64,000 bases of DNA from a virus (IMGVR_UViG_3300033076_001247:1-64000); one strand, 5' to 3'; counted from the stretch's first letter, positions 1 to 9,326 are shown. Numbers and translations are program-made. The notes: generated by a model from the sequence alone, not told the origin.

Positions 1-852
1 GGGGACGTTCTGCTGGCGGAAGCGAGCGACCGCCGCGCGGATCTGGGTCATCGAGAACACGGCGTCGACGCTGTCGACTGTGCTGTTGATGCCCTGGCCG
101 CCGTTGGTGGCAGCGCGGATGACGATGCTGCGGTCCGACGCGAGCACGGCGGCGCGGTCGGAGACGTTGCCGGAGAGCGGCGTGCCGAGCACGAGCGAGC
201 CCGGCCCGATCTCGTCACCAGCGACGCCGGGGACGTAGCCGACGACGGTGTTCGCGACGAGCGAGCCGCCGATGTTGATGACGATGGCGAGCGGGTTGCC
301 CGTCGTCACCGGAGCGAAGCGCACCGGCGAGCCGCTGGGCAGGCCGGGGTTGCGCGCCGTGGTGAAGCCGTTGAGGCGCTTCACGGCGATGGTCGAGGCG
401 CCCGAGGACGCGCCGCCGTCGCACACCGTCTGGCCGTCGAGGGCCGCGTTGTACATGCGGTCGCGGGCGAGGCGGTTGATGGTCTTCGCCGCCGCGAGGC
501 CGAGCTGCTGGGCGTTGCGAACGAACAGATCAGCGATGGCGTTCACGCTGGTCGGGATGTTCGTGTCGATGGACCCGCTGTAGCTGTTGAGCTGCGCGAT
601 CCACTGCTCGTTCGAGTACGTCGACGGGGTCGGGTCGACGTTCGCCTGCTGCGGCTTCAGCGAGATGTCGAGCAGGCCGGCGCCCGTGAAGTACATGCTG
701 TCGCCGAGGTTCGCGGTCCACGCCTTCTGCTCGGCGTCGCCACGGAACAGCATGCGGGGGAAGAGAGAGTCGTGGAAGGCGCGCTCGAGCAAGCCCTCCT
801 GCACGAGAGCGCGGACCTGGCCGCTCTGGGCAATGACGGAAAAGTCAGCCAT
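1..852 (-). CDS. Major capsid protein (HK97 fold), runs off the left edge
   Basis: Not in the ORF track; translated by hand from ATG 852: MADFSVIAQSGQVRALVQEGLLERAFHDSLF...QIRAAVARFRQQNVP, open to base 1. Lies directly downstream of the scaffold gene with SD AGGTG. Confidence 0.85.
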   Translation of the reverse strand, partial: MADFSVIAQSGQVRALVQEGLLERAFHDSLFPRMLFRGDAEQKAWTANLGDSMYFTGAGLLDISLKPQQANVDPTPSTYSNEQWIAQLNSYSGSIDTNIPTSVNAIADLFVRNAQQLGLAAAKTINRLARDRMYNAALDGQTVCDGGASSGASTIAVKRLNGFTTARNPGLPSGSPVRFAPVTTGNPLAIVINIGGSLVANTVVGYVPGVAGDEIGPGSLVLGTPLSGNVSDRAAVLASDRSIVIRAATNGGQGINSTVDSVDAVFSMTQIRAAVARFRQQNVP

Positions 853-935
853 GTGTCACCTAAAGTCTGTGCGGAAGTGAGAAGGTCTCGGCGTTTCCGC
901 GTTCCACCGAGACAGGGTTGCTTCCGCCAGCCCTA

Positions 936-1799
936 TTACTGGCGGGAATACTGCACGCCGAGCTGCGCGAGACGCGCCTTGATCTGCTCGGCTGACGCCT
1001 TGCGAGCGTCGAACTGGTCGGCCTGCGCCGTCGTCGCGGCGGCCTGCCCAGGGGCAAGCGGACGCGCCTGCACGCCCTCGCCGCCGGTACCCGTCGTCGC
1101 GGCCACGCGCGCCTCGCCGAAAAGGAACGGCTTGTTCGTGCGGAGGCTCTTGAGGAACTCCTCGGTGGAATAGCTCGCGAGCTCGGGATCGGTCTGGAGC
1201 TTCGCGTTGATGTCGCGGCGCATGAGGTCGAGCGCGTAGTCGACATCCTCGCGCACGCCGGCCCGAAGGAGGACTTCCTTCATTTCGGCCGTCGCCTGGA
1301 ACTCCTCGAGCTCCTGCCGATACCGACGGGCCTCGCGGCTCGCCTTCTCGGCTTCCTTGCGAGCGCGCTCCATGTCCTTCGCGATGCGGAGCGCCTCGGC
1401 CGAGACATTGCCGTTGCTCGACTGCTTCGCCGGCTGCGCCTGCGTCGCCTGCGTCGCCCTGGGGGTGGCGCGGTTCTCCTGCTGTGCCGGTGCGCTCGGG
1501 TTGGCGCGCGCCGTTTCGAGCGCCTGGAACATCGCGTCGACCGAGTCAAAGCCGAAGGCTTTCGCCTTGGCCTGCATCTCGGTAAGCGCTGCCCTCTTGC
1601 CCTTCTCGGCCGCATCCGCCTTCAGCTTCGCGAAGGCGCTCGTGGGAAGAGAGATGGTCTTGCCCTGCTGCTGCTCGGGAGCGCCCATCGGCGCGGCGAC
1701 GGTGTCGCCGGAGACGAGGTTGCCCGGAGCGATGGGCTGTGCGGTCGCCACGGTGGCGTCGCCGGCCTGTACAGGGGGCGTGCTGGTGTTTTCCGACAT
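936..1799 (-). CDS. Capsid scaffolding protein
   Basis: 287 aa, Ala/Gln-rich and coiled-coil-like, with an NKPFLF motif near the C-terminus; immediately upstream of the capsid gene. Confidence 0.75.
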   Translation of the reverse strand: MSENTSTPPVQAGDATVATAQPIAPGNLVSGDTVAAPMGAPEQQQGKTISLPTSAFAKLKADAAEKGKRAALTEMQAKAKAFGFDSVDAMFQALETARANPSAPAQQENRATPRATQATQAQPAKQSSNGNVSAEALRIAKDMERARKEAEKASREARRYRQELEEFQATAEMKEVLLRAGVREDVDYALDLMRRDINAKLQTDPELASYSTEEFLKSLRTNKPFLFGEARVAATTGTGGEGVQARPLAPGQAAATTAQADQFDARKASAEQIKARLAQLGVQYSRQ

Positions 1800-1879
1800 G
1801 GTGCCTTGTCCGCGTAGTTACCGCCCGCGTATGGCGTGGCGGCACGCTGTCGAGATGGTTGTGTCTCCCGGTGGAAAGT

Positions 1880-1916
1880 GGGGCTCGGCGAGCGGGAGAC
1901 GAACCCGCCGAGCCCC
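1880..1916 (-). terminator. Stem-loop (terminator or mRNA stabiliser) upstream of the scaffold gene
   Basis: GGGGCTCGGCG...CGCCGAGCCCC 11-bp stem followed by ACTTT on the minus strand. Confidence 0.45.
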
Positions 1917-1954
1917 TATCGAACGACGAGGGGGGCGCCGTCCGAATGCTGCGA

Positions 1955-2347
1955 CTAGAAGCCGAACGCCTCGTCCTTCGGGGCGGCGGCGGCGGCGGCG
2001 TAGGTCACCACGCACTCGGTGACGGCCGAGGCGAACTCGAGCGAGAGGCCGTCGTCGGCCAGCAGGCAGACACCGATCTCGGTACCGACGTCGACGGCGA
2101 TGCCGCCGGAGTCGACCACGAGGTACGCGCCAAGCGAGCCGCCGGCGGTGACGCGCACGCACACGCCAGCCGGAGCGAAGGCGGCCTTCGACAGCGCGAC
2201 GGTGGTGGAGCTGGCCTGCGTGATGGTCTCGACCTGCTTGTACAGCATGCTGCCGAGGTCGACCTTGCGGAGAGCGTCGGCGATGAAGCCGGGGTTTGCC
2301 TGGCTCAGGCCAAGCTCGAGGGTCTGGGGAACGGTCGTCGTGGACAT
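1955..2347 (-). CDS. Putative head decoration/virion protein
   Basis: 130 aa, beta-rich composition, in the head cluster. Confidence 0.5.
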   Translation of the reverse strand: MSTTTVPQTLELGLSQANPGFIADALRKVDLGSMLYKQVETITQASSTTVALSKAAFAPAGVCVRVTAGGSLGAYLVVDSGGIAVDVGTEIGVCLLADDGLSLEFASAVTECVVTYAAAAAAPKDEAFGF

Positions 2348-2357
2348 TGCGGCGGTC

Positions 2358-2753
2358 CTATCTCTGCGCGCCGAGCGTGAATCGCACGGAGGCGGAAGTG
2401 GTTGCTGACAAGTTGGTAATCGACAGCGTGCCCGTCAGCAGGTTCGCGTCGAGGATGAGCACAAGGGTCGTGCCGCGAGCGTCAAGGACGCCCGAACACT
2501 CGACTCGCACTGCGCCCGTCGACTGAACAACGAGCACGCCACCGCCGACGTCAGTGCCGAGAAGCGTCTCGACATCGAGTGTTGCGATGGCATTCGGGGC
2601 GAGCGAGCGCGACAGCGGACCGGACACCGCCGACAACTGCACGACCTCCGTCAGCTCGACCGCCGCCTCGACGCCGCCCGCAAGGGGAAGCGTCGGCGCG
2701 AGCGCGTAGCCGCCGGAGAGTTCGAACGTCGTCGGAAGAATCAAGTCCGCCAT
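2358..2753 (-). CDS. Hypothetical virion protein
   Basis: 131 aa, beta-rich, co-oriented in the head cluster. Confidence 0.5.
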   Translation of the reverse strand: MADLILPTTFELSGGYALAPTLPLAGGVEAAVELTEVVQLSAVSGPLSRSLAPNAIATLDVETLLGTDVGGGVLVVQSTGAVRVECSGVLDARGTTLVLILDANLLTGTLSITNLSATTSASVRFTLGAQR

Positions 2754-2758
2754 GTGCG

Positions 2759-2932
2759 CTATCCCTTGAACGGCTTCGGCTGGACCTGCTTCGGCATGGC
2801 CGCGAGAGCGGTCATGTCCTCGAGGCCGGCGGCGGCGGGGACGTTCGAGACGAACGAGCCCTGTGCCTTCTTGATCGCGTCCATCGGATCGGCGGGCTGC
2901 GCCATCGGGACGAACTCGGAGTTCTTGACCAT
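2759..2932 (-). CDS. 57-aa microprotein ending QPKPFKG
   Basis: MVKNSEF...QVQPKPFKG; similar to the upstream neighbour. Confidence 0.6.
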   Translation of the reverse strand: MVKNSEFVPMAQPADPMDAIKKAQGSFVSNVPAAAGLEDMTALAAMPKQVQPKPFKG

Positions 2933-2942
2933 GTGGATTCTC

Positions 2943-3101
2943 CTAGCCCTTGAAGGGCTTCGGCTGCCCAACGAGGGGCGAGGTGGACGGGGCGACGGTG
3001 ACGTTCCCCTGGTAGTGGCCCGTCTGCTGCGCGACGACGCAGACCGGGTCTTTCTCAGCGCCCGACTGCACGGCCGCCGCGATCTCGGTGTTCTTGTTCA
3101 T
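2943..3101 (-). CDS. 52-aa microprotein ending QPKPFKG
   Basis: MNKNTEI...GQPKPFKG; similar to the downstream neighbour. Confidence 0.6.
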   Translation of the reverse strand: MNKNTEIAAAVQSGAEKDPVCVVAQQTGHYQGNVTVAPSTSPLVGQPKPFKG

Positions 3102-3109
3102 GCGGAACC

Positions 3110-3322
3110 TCAGAACGGCTTGCGCGAAGCGGCCGTCGGAGCGTTGACGGGCGACAGGCCCGCCGACTTGTCGTCGTACTTCTGGCCCGCGCCCATCGCG
3201 CGGTCGGGGATGCCGGCCTGCGCGTCGTAGTCCCACGACGAGAAGCCAGCCGCCTCGGTGCCCTTCTTCTCGGCCTCCTTGCGCGGTGAGCGCAGGTTGC
3301 CTGCCTTCGACTGGAACATCAC
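3110..3322 (-). CDS. 70-aa microprotein ending RKPF
   Basis: Good SD (GGAGG); start overlaps the upstream stop. Confidence 0.6.
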   Translation of the reverse strand: MMFQSKAGNLRSPRKEAEKKGTEAAGFSSWDYDAQAGIPDRAMGAGQKYDDKSAGLSPVNAPTAASRKPF

Positions 3323-3546
3323 TTACCTCCTCGAACGTCGCGGTACGAGCGGACGTCGCGCGTGGTGGCACCCTCGAGCCAACGAGCGCCGACCGGGTTG
3401 CCCTTCGCCTTCTGCTGTGCGGCCGTCGTGTTGACGCGCGACAGCGCGGGCAGGTTGACGTCGGCGCTCACGAGCCCCTGCGGCTCGCGGCCCATCAGCA
3501 TCTCGCGATACGCCTCGGCCAACGACTTCGGATCATTCTCGGCCAT
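3319..3546 (-). CDS. Hypothetical protein (MAENDPKS...)
   Basis: SD GGAGG, tight gene packing. Confidence 0.6.
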   Translation of the reverse strand: MAENDPKSLAEAYREMLMGREPQGLVSADVNLPALSRVNTTAAQQKAKGNPVGARWLEGATTRDVRSYRDVRGGK

Positions 3547-3565
3547 GGGGCCTCCCGACGAGGAG

Positions 3566-4015
3566 CTAGTCCTCGTCCTCCTCGAACTCTTCCGCCTCTT
3601 CTGCGGCCTCGCCCTCTTCGGCGTGCTCGTAGAGGTCTTCGAGCGGACCACCCGAGAGCCAGTAGAGCGCGAGCGCCACGGCGTACGGGTGTTCGAGCTC
3701 CTTGCCCTTGCCTTCGGGGTCGACCACGGCGACGAAGCGCTTCCAGAGACCGACGTCCTTGACGCCGCTCGGAGCCTCGTCTTCCTCGGGGTCGAAGCCG
3801 GCGAGGTGCTCGGCCATTTCCTCGTGACCGGTGGCGTCCTCGTCGTGGGCGACCGCGACGGCCTTCGCCATCAAGTCAGCCGCCTTCTTCTTGAGGTCGG
3901 CCTCCTTCTGGCTGGCCGGAGCCTTCGCCACACCCGGCTCACCGAGCATGCCGCCCTTGCCGCTGCCCTCGCCCGCGCCGTGGCCGGCAAATGCCTTGAG
4001 CTTCGCTGCGTCCAT
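3566..4015 (-). CDS. Acidic hypothetical protein
   Basis: MDAAKLKAF...EEFEEDED; codon usage fits the genome. Confidence 0.6.
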   Translation of the reverse strand: MDAAKLKAFAGHGAGEGSGKGGMLGEPGVAKAPASQKEADLKKKAADLMAKAVAVAHDEDATGHEEMAEHLAGFDPEEDEAPSGVKDVGLWKRFVAVVDPEGKGKELEHPYAVALALYWLSGGPLEDLYEHAEEGEAAEEAEEFEEDED

Positions 4016-4072
4016 CGTCAATACCTCGCGCCGATGAAGGCGCACAAAGCGGTCCCTATTGCGGGACAGCGA

Positions 4073-5251
4073 TTACCTGCTTCGTCGTCGTTGAGATGCT
4101 GCGTCAGCGCGTCGCCGCTCTCTCTCTTGAGCAAACCCTGCCCGCGCCTCCTCGACCTCTTTGTTCGTCGCGCGAGCCTGCTCTTCGATGTCCACACCCC
4201 GCGCGTCCTCGAGCGCCGTCTCGGCATGCTTGCCAGACATCAGCGCGAGCGCCTTCTTAACGTCCATGCGTTCGCCGTTGACGACCATGTAGGCAGGGAC
4301 CGGCCAGTCGACCTTCCATCCAACGACGCGGCTTCGGTCGTTCGGCCGGTTCGGCGGGTGCGCGTACCGCTTGCCCCAGAGCTTTGCGTTGACGCGGTTG
4401 TCTCGCGGCATTTCGAAGCCGCCGGTCCCGCCGACCAGGAATGTCGAGCGGGCCTCCATCGTCGCGCCGGTCGGCGTGAAGCAGACCTGTCCGTGCAGGG
4501 CGAGCGAGTCGTTCGCGACGCGACCGTCGAGCGGAGCGCCCGTCGTGTCATCGACGTACTCGACCCATCGGCGGAACAAGCCAGGCACGATGTCAGACGC
4601 CTCGTCGAGCGCGGAGGCATGCGCCGTGTTCCACGCCCACGATGTCTCGGTCCTAACGATGCGCTCGGCGCGGTAGCGCGACTGGTCGACCATGTCGAAC
4701 AGGCCAGCGACGGTTTCGGAGTACGACTTCTGCGTGGCGAAGGCTTGACCGAGGTACCGTTCGGCCTGCGTGATGCTGTCGACGCCGTAGGTTCGCACCG
4801 AGACGTCGTGCTGCCGTAGGAGCGAGGCGCGGTCCTTGTCGACGACGCCCGCCATGCGAGCGGCCTGCGTCAGCGGGAGCGGCGTCGTCACGCCCTCAAA
4901 CTCGAGCTCCGCAAGTGCAAGCGTCTTGACCATCGAGCGAATGCTCTCGACCTGCGCCTCGCGGGATGCCTCGCCAAGTACGCGCGTCATGCGCGGCTGG
5001 AGTTCGAGCAGCATCGCCCGATACTGCGCGAGGATGGCCCGCTGCTGAACGGCGGTAAACGTCTCGTCGTCGGGTGCGAGACGCGAGACCTTGCGCTGCA
5101 TCTCTGCCGCCGCCGACTCGATGAGCTTTTGCATCGGAAGAACGCCACGCTCACGCGTGAGTCGTTCGAGCGTTCGGCCGGTAGCTTGGAACGCGGCCTC
5201 GACGCGCTCCTGCGCTCGAGCCAGCTCGTCTGGTGTCGCAGGCTTACCCAC
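4073..5251 (-). CDS. Head morphogenesis protein (SPP1 gp7/Mu gpF family)
   Basis: RAERIVRTE motif and a C-terminal HPPNRPNDRS motif, downstream of the portal gene. Confidence 0.85.
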   Translation of the reverse strand: MGKPATPDELARAQERVEAAFQATGRTLERLTRERGVLPMQKLIESAAAEMQRKVSRLAPDDETFTAVQQRAILAQYRAMLLELQPRMTRVLGEASREAQVESIRSMVKTLALAELEFEGVTTPLPLTQAARMAGVVDKDRASLLRQHDVSVRTYGVDSITQAERYLGQAFATQKSYSETVAGLFDMVDQSRYRAERIVRTETSWAWNTAHASALDEASDIVPGLFRRWVEYVDDTTGAPLDGRVANDSLALHGQVCFTPTGATMEARSTFLVGGTGGFEMPRDNRVNAKLWGKRYAHPPNRPNDRSRVVGWKVDWPVPAYMVVNGERMDVKKALALMSGKHAETALEDARGVDIEEQARATNKEVEEARAGFAQERERRRADAASQRRRSR

Positions 5252-5609
5252 TCAGAGTCTCGTCGGAGCGATGTATGGCGTCGTGGCAACGGGCACAGAC
5301 AACCGTGATGGTCTTCGGGTCAAGGCCGACCGACATGCGGGCGAGGCGCAAGGACGGCGGGTGCTTGAGGTCACCCTTGTGGTGTAGCTCAAGGTTCTCG
5401 CGCAGGCCGCACTTCTTGCAGCGGTACTCGTCGCGCCGGAAGACTCCGAGCGCCGTCGACGACGGGAGCCCACCCTTGCCTTCCTTCGCGAGCGTGGCGC
5501 CGGCCGCAGCCGCCTCGGCGCGCAGTCGCTCGAGCGCGCGGCCCTCGCCGCCATCGGCGGGCGCAGGCTTGGGCAGGGTCGCGGCGAACCGCTTCAGCGC
5601 GTCGCTCAC
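5244..5609 (-). CDS. HNH endonuclease-like protein
   Basis: CxxC...LELHH...VVCARCHDAIH. Confidence 0.75.
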   Translation of the reverse strand: MSDALKRFAATLPKPAPADGGEGRALERLRAEAAAAGATLAKEGKGGLPSSTALGVFRRDEYRCKKCGLRENLELHHKGDLKHPPSLRLARMSVGLDPKTITVVCARCHDAIHRSDETLSG

Positions 5610-5803
5610 TTGGCCTTCCCAGCGCGTCGCGCCTTGACGAGCGGGTCGAGCCGCCGCCGGTCCTTCTTCACGGTCTCTGGCAGTTTTGCGAGCTTTGCCT
5701 TCGGCGTGGCCGCGACGAACTCCTTGGCCGTGCCCTTCGGGATGTCGCCGCGCTTCTCAGCAGCGAAGAGGTAACGCATCTGGCGCAGGCTCTTGATCGG
5801 CAC
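5606..5803 (-). CDS. Small basic phage protein
   Basis: MPIKSLRQMRYLFAA N-terminus, a type common in phage head clusters. Confidence 0.6.
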   Translation of the reverse strand: MPIKSLRQMRYLFAAEKRGDIPKGTAKEFVAATPKAKLAKLPETVKKDRRRLDPLVKARRAGKAK

Positions 5804-5805
5804 GG

Positions 5806-6117
5806 CTACTTGCCCTTCTTCTTGAGGCGCTCCATCACCGACTTCGCCCAGGTGATGCCAGCGCGTCCGCCCCAGAGCTTGAGGGCCACCTCGCGCGCGC
5901 TCGGTCCCTCGGCATGCTCTGCCTCCGGCTGGTCGAGGTGACGCGCGAAGGCGGCCATGCGGCCGACGGTCTCACGGGAGACGTTCTTGCCTCCGGCTAG
6001 GTCGCGAGCTCGGGCGACGCCGACAGCGGTGCCACCGCGTCCCCACTTGCGGCGCAACTCAAGGCCGTGGGCGGCGGCCCTGCGAGCGGATTCCGGCGGC
6101 TTGAACGAGTCGGCCAT
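5806..6117 (-). CDS. Conserved phage head-cluster protein
   Basis: GGTAVGVARARDL...RM..F.RH...LWGG.AG..WA pattern, which I recognise from environmental phage proteins. Confidence 0.65.
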   Translation of the reverse strand: MADSFKPPESARRAAAHGLELRRKWGRGGTAVGVARARDLAGGKNVSRETVGRMAAFARHLDQPEAEHAEGPSAREVALKLWGGRAGITWAKSVMERLKKKGK

Positions 6118-6124
6118 GCGGACC

Positions 6125-6343
6125 TCAGTGAACCAGTGCGGATTCCTGTTTCGGCGCGTCTTCCTCGCCGAGCAGGACGAGCGCCTGTCCGTCGAGCAGG
6201 GAGTGGTGACAGACGGCGCAGAGCAGCGTTGGCACGCACGGACAGAGGCTCTCGTCGCCGCCCGACCAGCGCTGCTCCTCCTCCGCCAGCGAGTGCGCGT
6301 AGAGCGTGGCGACCTGCCGGCACGTCGTGCAGCGCCGGTCCAC
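6125..6343 (-). CDS. Small Cys-rich (Zn-ribbon) protein
   Basis: GTG start; CTTC and CAVC pairs. Confidence 0.5.
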   Translation of the reverse strand: MDRRCTTCRQVATLYAHSLAEEEQRWSGGDESLCPCVPTLLCAVCHHSLLDGQALVLLGEEDAPKQESALVH

Positions 6344-6345
6344 GG

Positions 6346-6744
6346 CTAGGCCAGCACGAGGCCGGTCGCGCCGACCTGAATCGGGATGTTTTTCGGCCCC
6401 CTGTCCAGCTCGACGATGACGTGGTCGGGCAGCTTGGCCGCTGCGACCTCGGCGTCCTTCTGGCATGCCTTGCAGGCGTAGGCGTCACCGATGCGAACGA
6501 TGGGTCCGAACTTCGTCGGGACGGTCGGGAGCTTGCCGTCGCACGCGGCGGCGATCATCGCCATGATCCCCGGCTCGACCATGCTCGTGAAGTCGTCGGC
6601 CTTCATAAAGGTCTTGATGCGGATGACCGGAGCGCCGCCGCAGGTCGTGCAGGGCTTGCTTCCCCACGCGAACCGGCGGTGCATGTCGAGCGGGCTTTCC
6701 TTGCCGTCCGCGAATCGCTTCATGTGCCGATGAAAGTTGCTCAT
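6346..6744 (-). CDS. Zn-finger hypothetical protein
   Basis: CTTC...CKAC pairs; coupled gene spacing. Confidence 0.6.
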   Translation of the reverse strand: MSNFHRHMKRFADGKESPLDMHRRFAWGSKPCTTCGGAPVIRIKTFMKADDFTSMVEPGIMAMIAAACDGKLPTVPTKFGPIVRIGDAYACKACQKDAEVAAAKLPDHVIVELDRGPKNIPIQVGATGLVLA

Positions 6745-6753
6745 GCCGTCTCC

Positions 6754-7197
6754 CTACGCCCCAAACTGACGGGCGATGTCGAACCATGAATGCCCGTCCA
6801 CGCCGCCGCCGAACCGAAGCGCCCGGTCGTCGATGTAGACGTCTGCGACGGGTTTCCCCTGCCCGCCGTCGTCCACCGCGTCGACGAGCCCCTTGAGCGT
6901 CGTCGCGCAGAACTGCACCATCTGCTGATACCGGGCCTCGTGGAGCGGCTGCTCCGCCTCCCATGCCTTCCGGTCGAGCTTCACGATGCCGGCCCGCACA
7001 AGCGGGTCGAGCTCCGGGTCGATGCGAAGGGCAAGGTTTGCCCGCGCCGACGAGACCAGTACAACGTGGCCCGCCGCCTTCATCGCCTCGAGCGCCTTGC
7101 GGGCGCCGCCCATCAGCCGGAGCGGCGTCGTGACGTCCGAGAACTTCCGCCCCCACTCGTCTACGAGGGTGCTGTCGAAGTCGACTGCGATGATCAC
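6754..7197 (-). CDS. HAD-superfamily phosphatase
   Basis: Motif I IAVDFDSTL and motif IV KPVADVYIDDRA. Confidence 0.85.
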   Translation of the reverse strand: MIIAVDFDSTLVDEWGRKFSDVTTPLRLMGGARKALEAMKAAGHVVLVSSARANLALRIDPELDPLVRAGIVKLDRKAWEAEQPLHEARYQQMVQFCATTLKGLVDAVDDGGQGKPVADVYIDDRALRFGGGVDGHSWFDIARQFGA

Positions 7198-9131
7198 TTG
7201 GCTTCCGCCGCCGCCTTCTCGGCAAGCGCGGCCTCGATGTCGTCCTTGTCCCCGAGGAGCGCCTGTGCCTTTGCTTCGCTGATGCCGGGGAATGCGGTCG
7301 TCATAAGTCGGACGCCGGAGTCGTAGCCGATCTTGCCCGCGACCACGTTCTCGATCATCGACGACAGCGCCTCGATCTGGATACCTGTCATCGACTCGCC
7401 ACCGACCGGCGCCTCCGCACCGTCAGAGGACATGGACCCGTCTGCCTCGGGCGCGAACGGCGAACCGGCGCCGGGACCGTCAACGGTCTCGCCGGCAGGC
7501 AGGCCGGCCTCGATACCGCCAACGAGCGCCATCTGCTTGGCTTCCTCGTTGCGGATACGGTCGGACATCGCCTTCGCGTCGGCAACATGGAAGAACGGCG
7601 CGACGTAGGAGACGGCGGCCTCCTGGTCGACGAGCTTTCCAGCGAGTGCGGCTGCGGCTGTCTTCACCGCAACGTCAGCGTCCGTAATCGTCGGCTCAAA
7701 GTACGCCGGCCAGACGAGTTCGATGACCTCGCCCTCGCCAACCTCGCGCGCGCGCTTTCCGACGATCTTGCCCTCTGCGCTGCGGTCGATGTGCGGCGGG
7801 ATCATCACAATGCCGCGAACGACGCGGCCATCCTCGCCGACGCGCCCCTGCTCGACGTGGCGGATGGCGCGCAGCATCTTGCGGAGCAGCGGCTTGATTC
7901 CCGTCTCGCCCCACTGTTCGCGCAGGACATCGGTACGGGCGATCATCGCCGCGTAGCTGCGCTCGACCTCGGTGGCCGTTCGCTCTTTGCCGTCGCCATC
8001 CTCGAGTACACAGTGGCACGCCTCAAGGACGCGCTTGCGGTACAGGTCGGCGAGCTCCGTCGCGGCCTTCGCGCCGATGCCTTGCAGTTCAAGGTACTGA
8101 GCCTTGCCGCTCGACGGGAGCTGAATCGGGGCGCGGGAGCCTTTCGCGAGGTCGGGCGGGAGCGCGGCGTCGGTGCTGATGACGAGCGTCGGGTCGGCGT
8201 TCGCGATGGTCCCGATTTGCGCCTGGGCGAGAAGCTGGTCGATGGCGTGCAACATCTCGAGGACGCCGTGGTAGTCGCTGTCGCCGTCGGCGTCGTCCTG
8301 CGACGGGGTGTTCTGCACCCAGACGACCGGAACCTCGTTCAAGCCGTGGACGACCTCGTTCTCGACGGACCAGACCGGCGCCTCGTCGGTGACCGGGATG
8401 GAGCGGTAGACGATGTCGCGCTCGGCGTCGATGACTCGGCGATACCAGTACGGCACCTCTCGCCAGACGCCGGTCTCGCCGTCGTAGATCTCGCGCGGGT
8501 ACTGGTAGAGCACCTCGAGCCGCTTGAGCTCGTTGCCGGTGCGGGAGACGAAGGTCGGCGTCGCCCAGCGCGGGTCGAATATCTCGAGGTGTGGCTTGCC
8601 GGCGAGGATGGAGAAGCCGACGGCGACCGAGCCCATCGCGCCGCCAAAGCCGCGCGCCTGCATCCAGACCGGCCAGAAGCGGGACGCCTCGAGGAGCGCG
8701 CCGACGTAGTCATCCGTCGCGTCGTCGTCCTCAACCTTGACGCGCGGATGGCGCTTCTCGGAGAAAAGGAGGCTCGTGAAGCGGTCGACGATGACGCGGG
8801 CGAGCGGGTACGGCGCGGTCGGCTTGCGGAACCGAAGCGGCAGCATCGCGCCGAGGTCGTAGAAGCCCGGCGGGATGTACGCACCCGAGTTGATTGCCTC
8901 GCGGTCGATGCGGCTGATCTTCTGGCTGCCATCCCACTCCGACGAACAGGTCTCGTACTGCTGCGCCTTGTAGATGCTCCAGAGGTGATTGAGCTCGGTC
9001 TGACGCGGGCTCATGCCGAGGCGCTTGATACGCCCCATGATGTCGGGCTGGTCGGGGATCGCGCCCCCGCCCATCGTCGCGCCGAAGACGGTCTGCGTCG
9101 CCGTCCAGTCAACCAGTGTGCCGCTCGACAT
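7194..9131 (-). CDS. Portal protein (SPP1 gp6-like)
   Basis: 645 aa between terminase and gpF-like genes; IVDRFTSLLF, HGLNEVPVVWVQN and acidic tail. Confidence 0.85.
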   Translation of the reverse strand: MSSGTLVDWTATQTVFGATMGGGAIPDQPDIMGRIKRLGMSPRQTELNHLWSIYKAQQYETCSSEWDGSQKISRIDREAINSGAYIPPGFYDLGAMLPLRFRKPTAPYPLARVIVDRFTSLLFSEKRHPRVKVEDDDATDDYVGALLEASRFWPVWMQARGFGGAMGSVAVGFSILAGKPHLEIFDPRWATPTFVSRTGNELKRLEVLYQYPREIYDGETGVWREVPYWYRRVIDAERDIVYRSIPVTDEAPVWSVENEVVHGLNEVPVVWVQNTPSQDDADGDSDYHGVLEMLHAIDQLLAQAQIGTIANADPTLVISTDAALPPDLAKGSRAPIQLPSSGKAQYLELQGIGAKAATELADLYRKRVLEACHCVLEDGDGKERTATEVERSYAAMIARTDVLREQWGETGIKPLLRKMLRAIRHVEQGRVGEDGRVVRGIVMIPPHIDRSAEGKIVGKRAREVGEGEVIELVWPAYFEPTITDADVAVKTAAAALAGKLVDQEAAVSYVAPFFHVADAKAMSDRIRNEEAKQMALVGGIEAGLPAGETVDGPGAGSPFAPEADGSMSSDGAEAPVGGESMTGIQIEALSSMIENVVAGKIGYDSGVRLMTTAFPGISEAKAQALLGDKDDIEAALAEKAAAEAK

Positions 9132-9152
9132 TCACACGCTCCGCGTCGGTCC

Positions 9153-9326
9153 CTAGTCCACGACGAGTTCGACGCCGTATCGCTGCGCTCTGCTGACAAG
9201 TCGTCGGATTATTCGTGCCGCCTCGTCGCGCTCGTGCTGGTCGCCAAACTCGCCCCAAAAACGGGCGACGACGACGGCCTGCTGCCAGCGGGCGAGGCGA
9301 CGGCGGCCCCATGCTTTCGCGCTCAT
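9153..9326 (-). CDS. Hypothetical protein
   Basis: ATGA-coupled small ORF. Confidence 0.45.
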   Translation of the reverse strand: MSAKAWGRRRLARWQQAVVVARFWGEFGDQHERDEAARIIRRLVSRAQRYGVELVVD

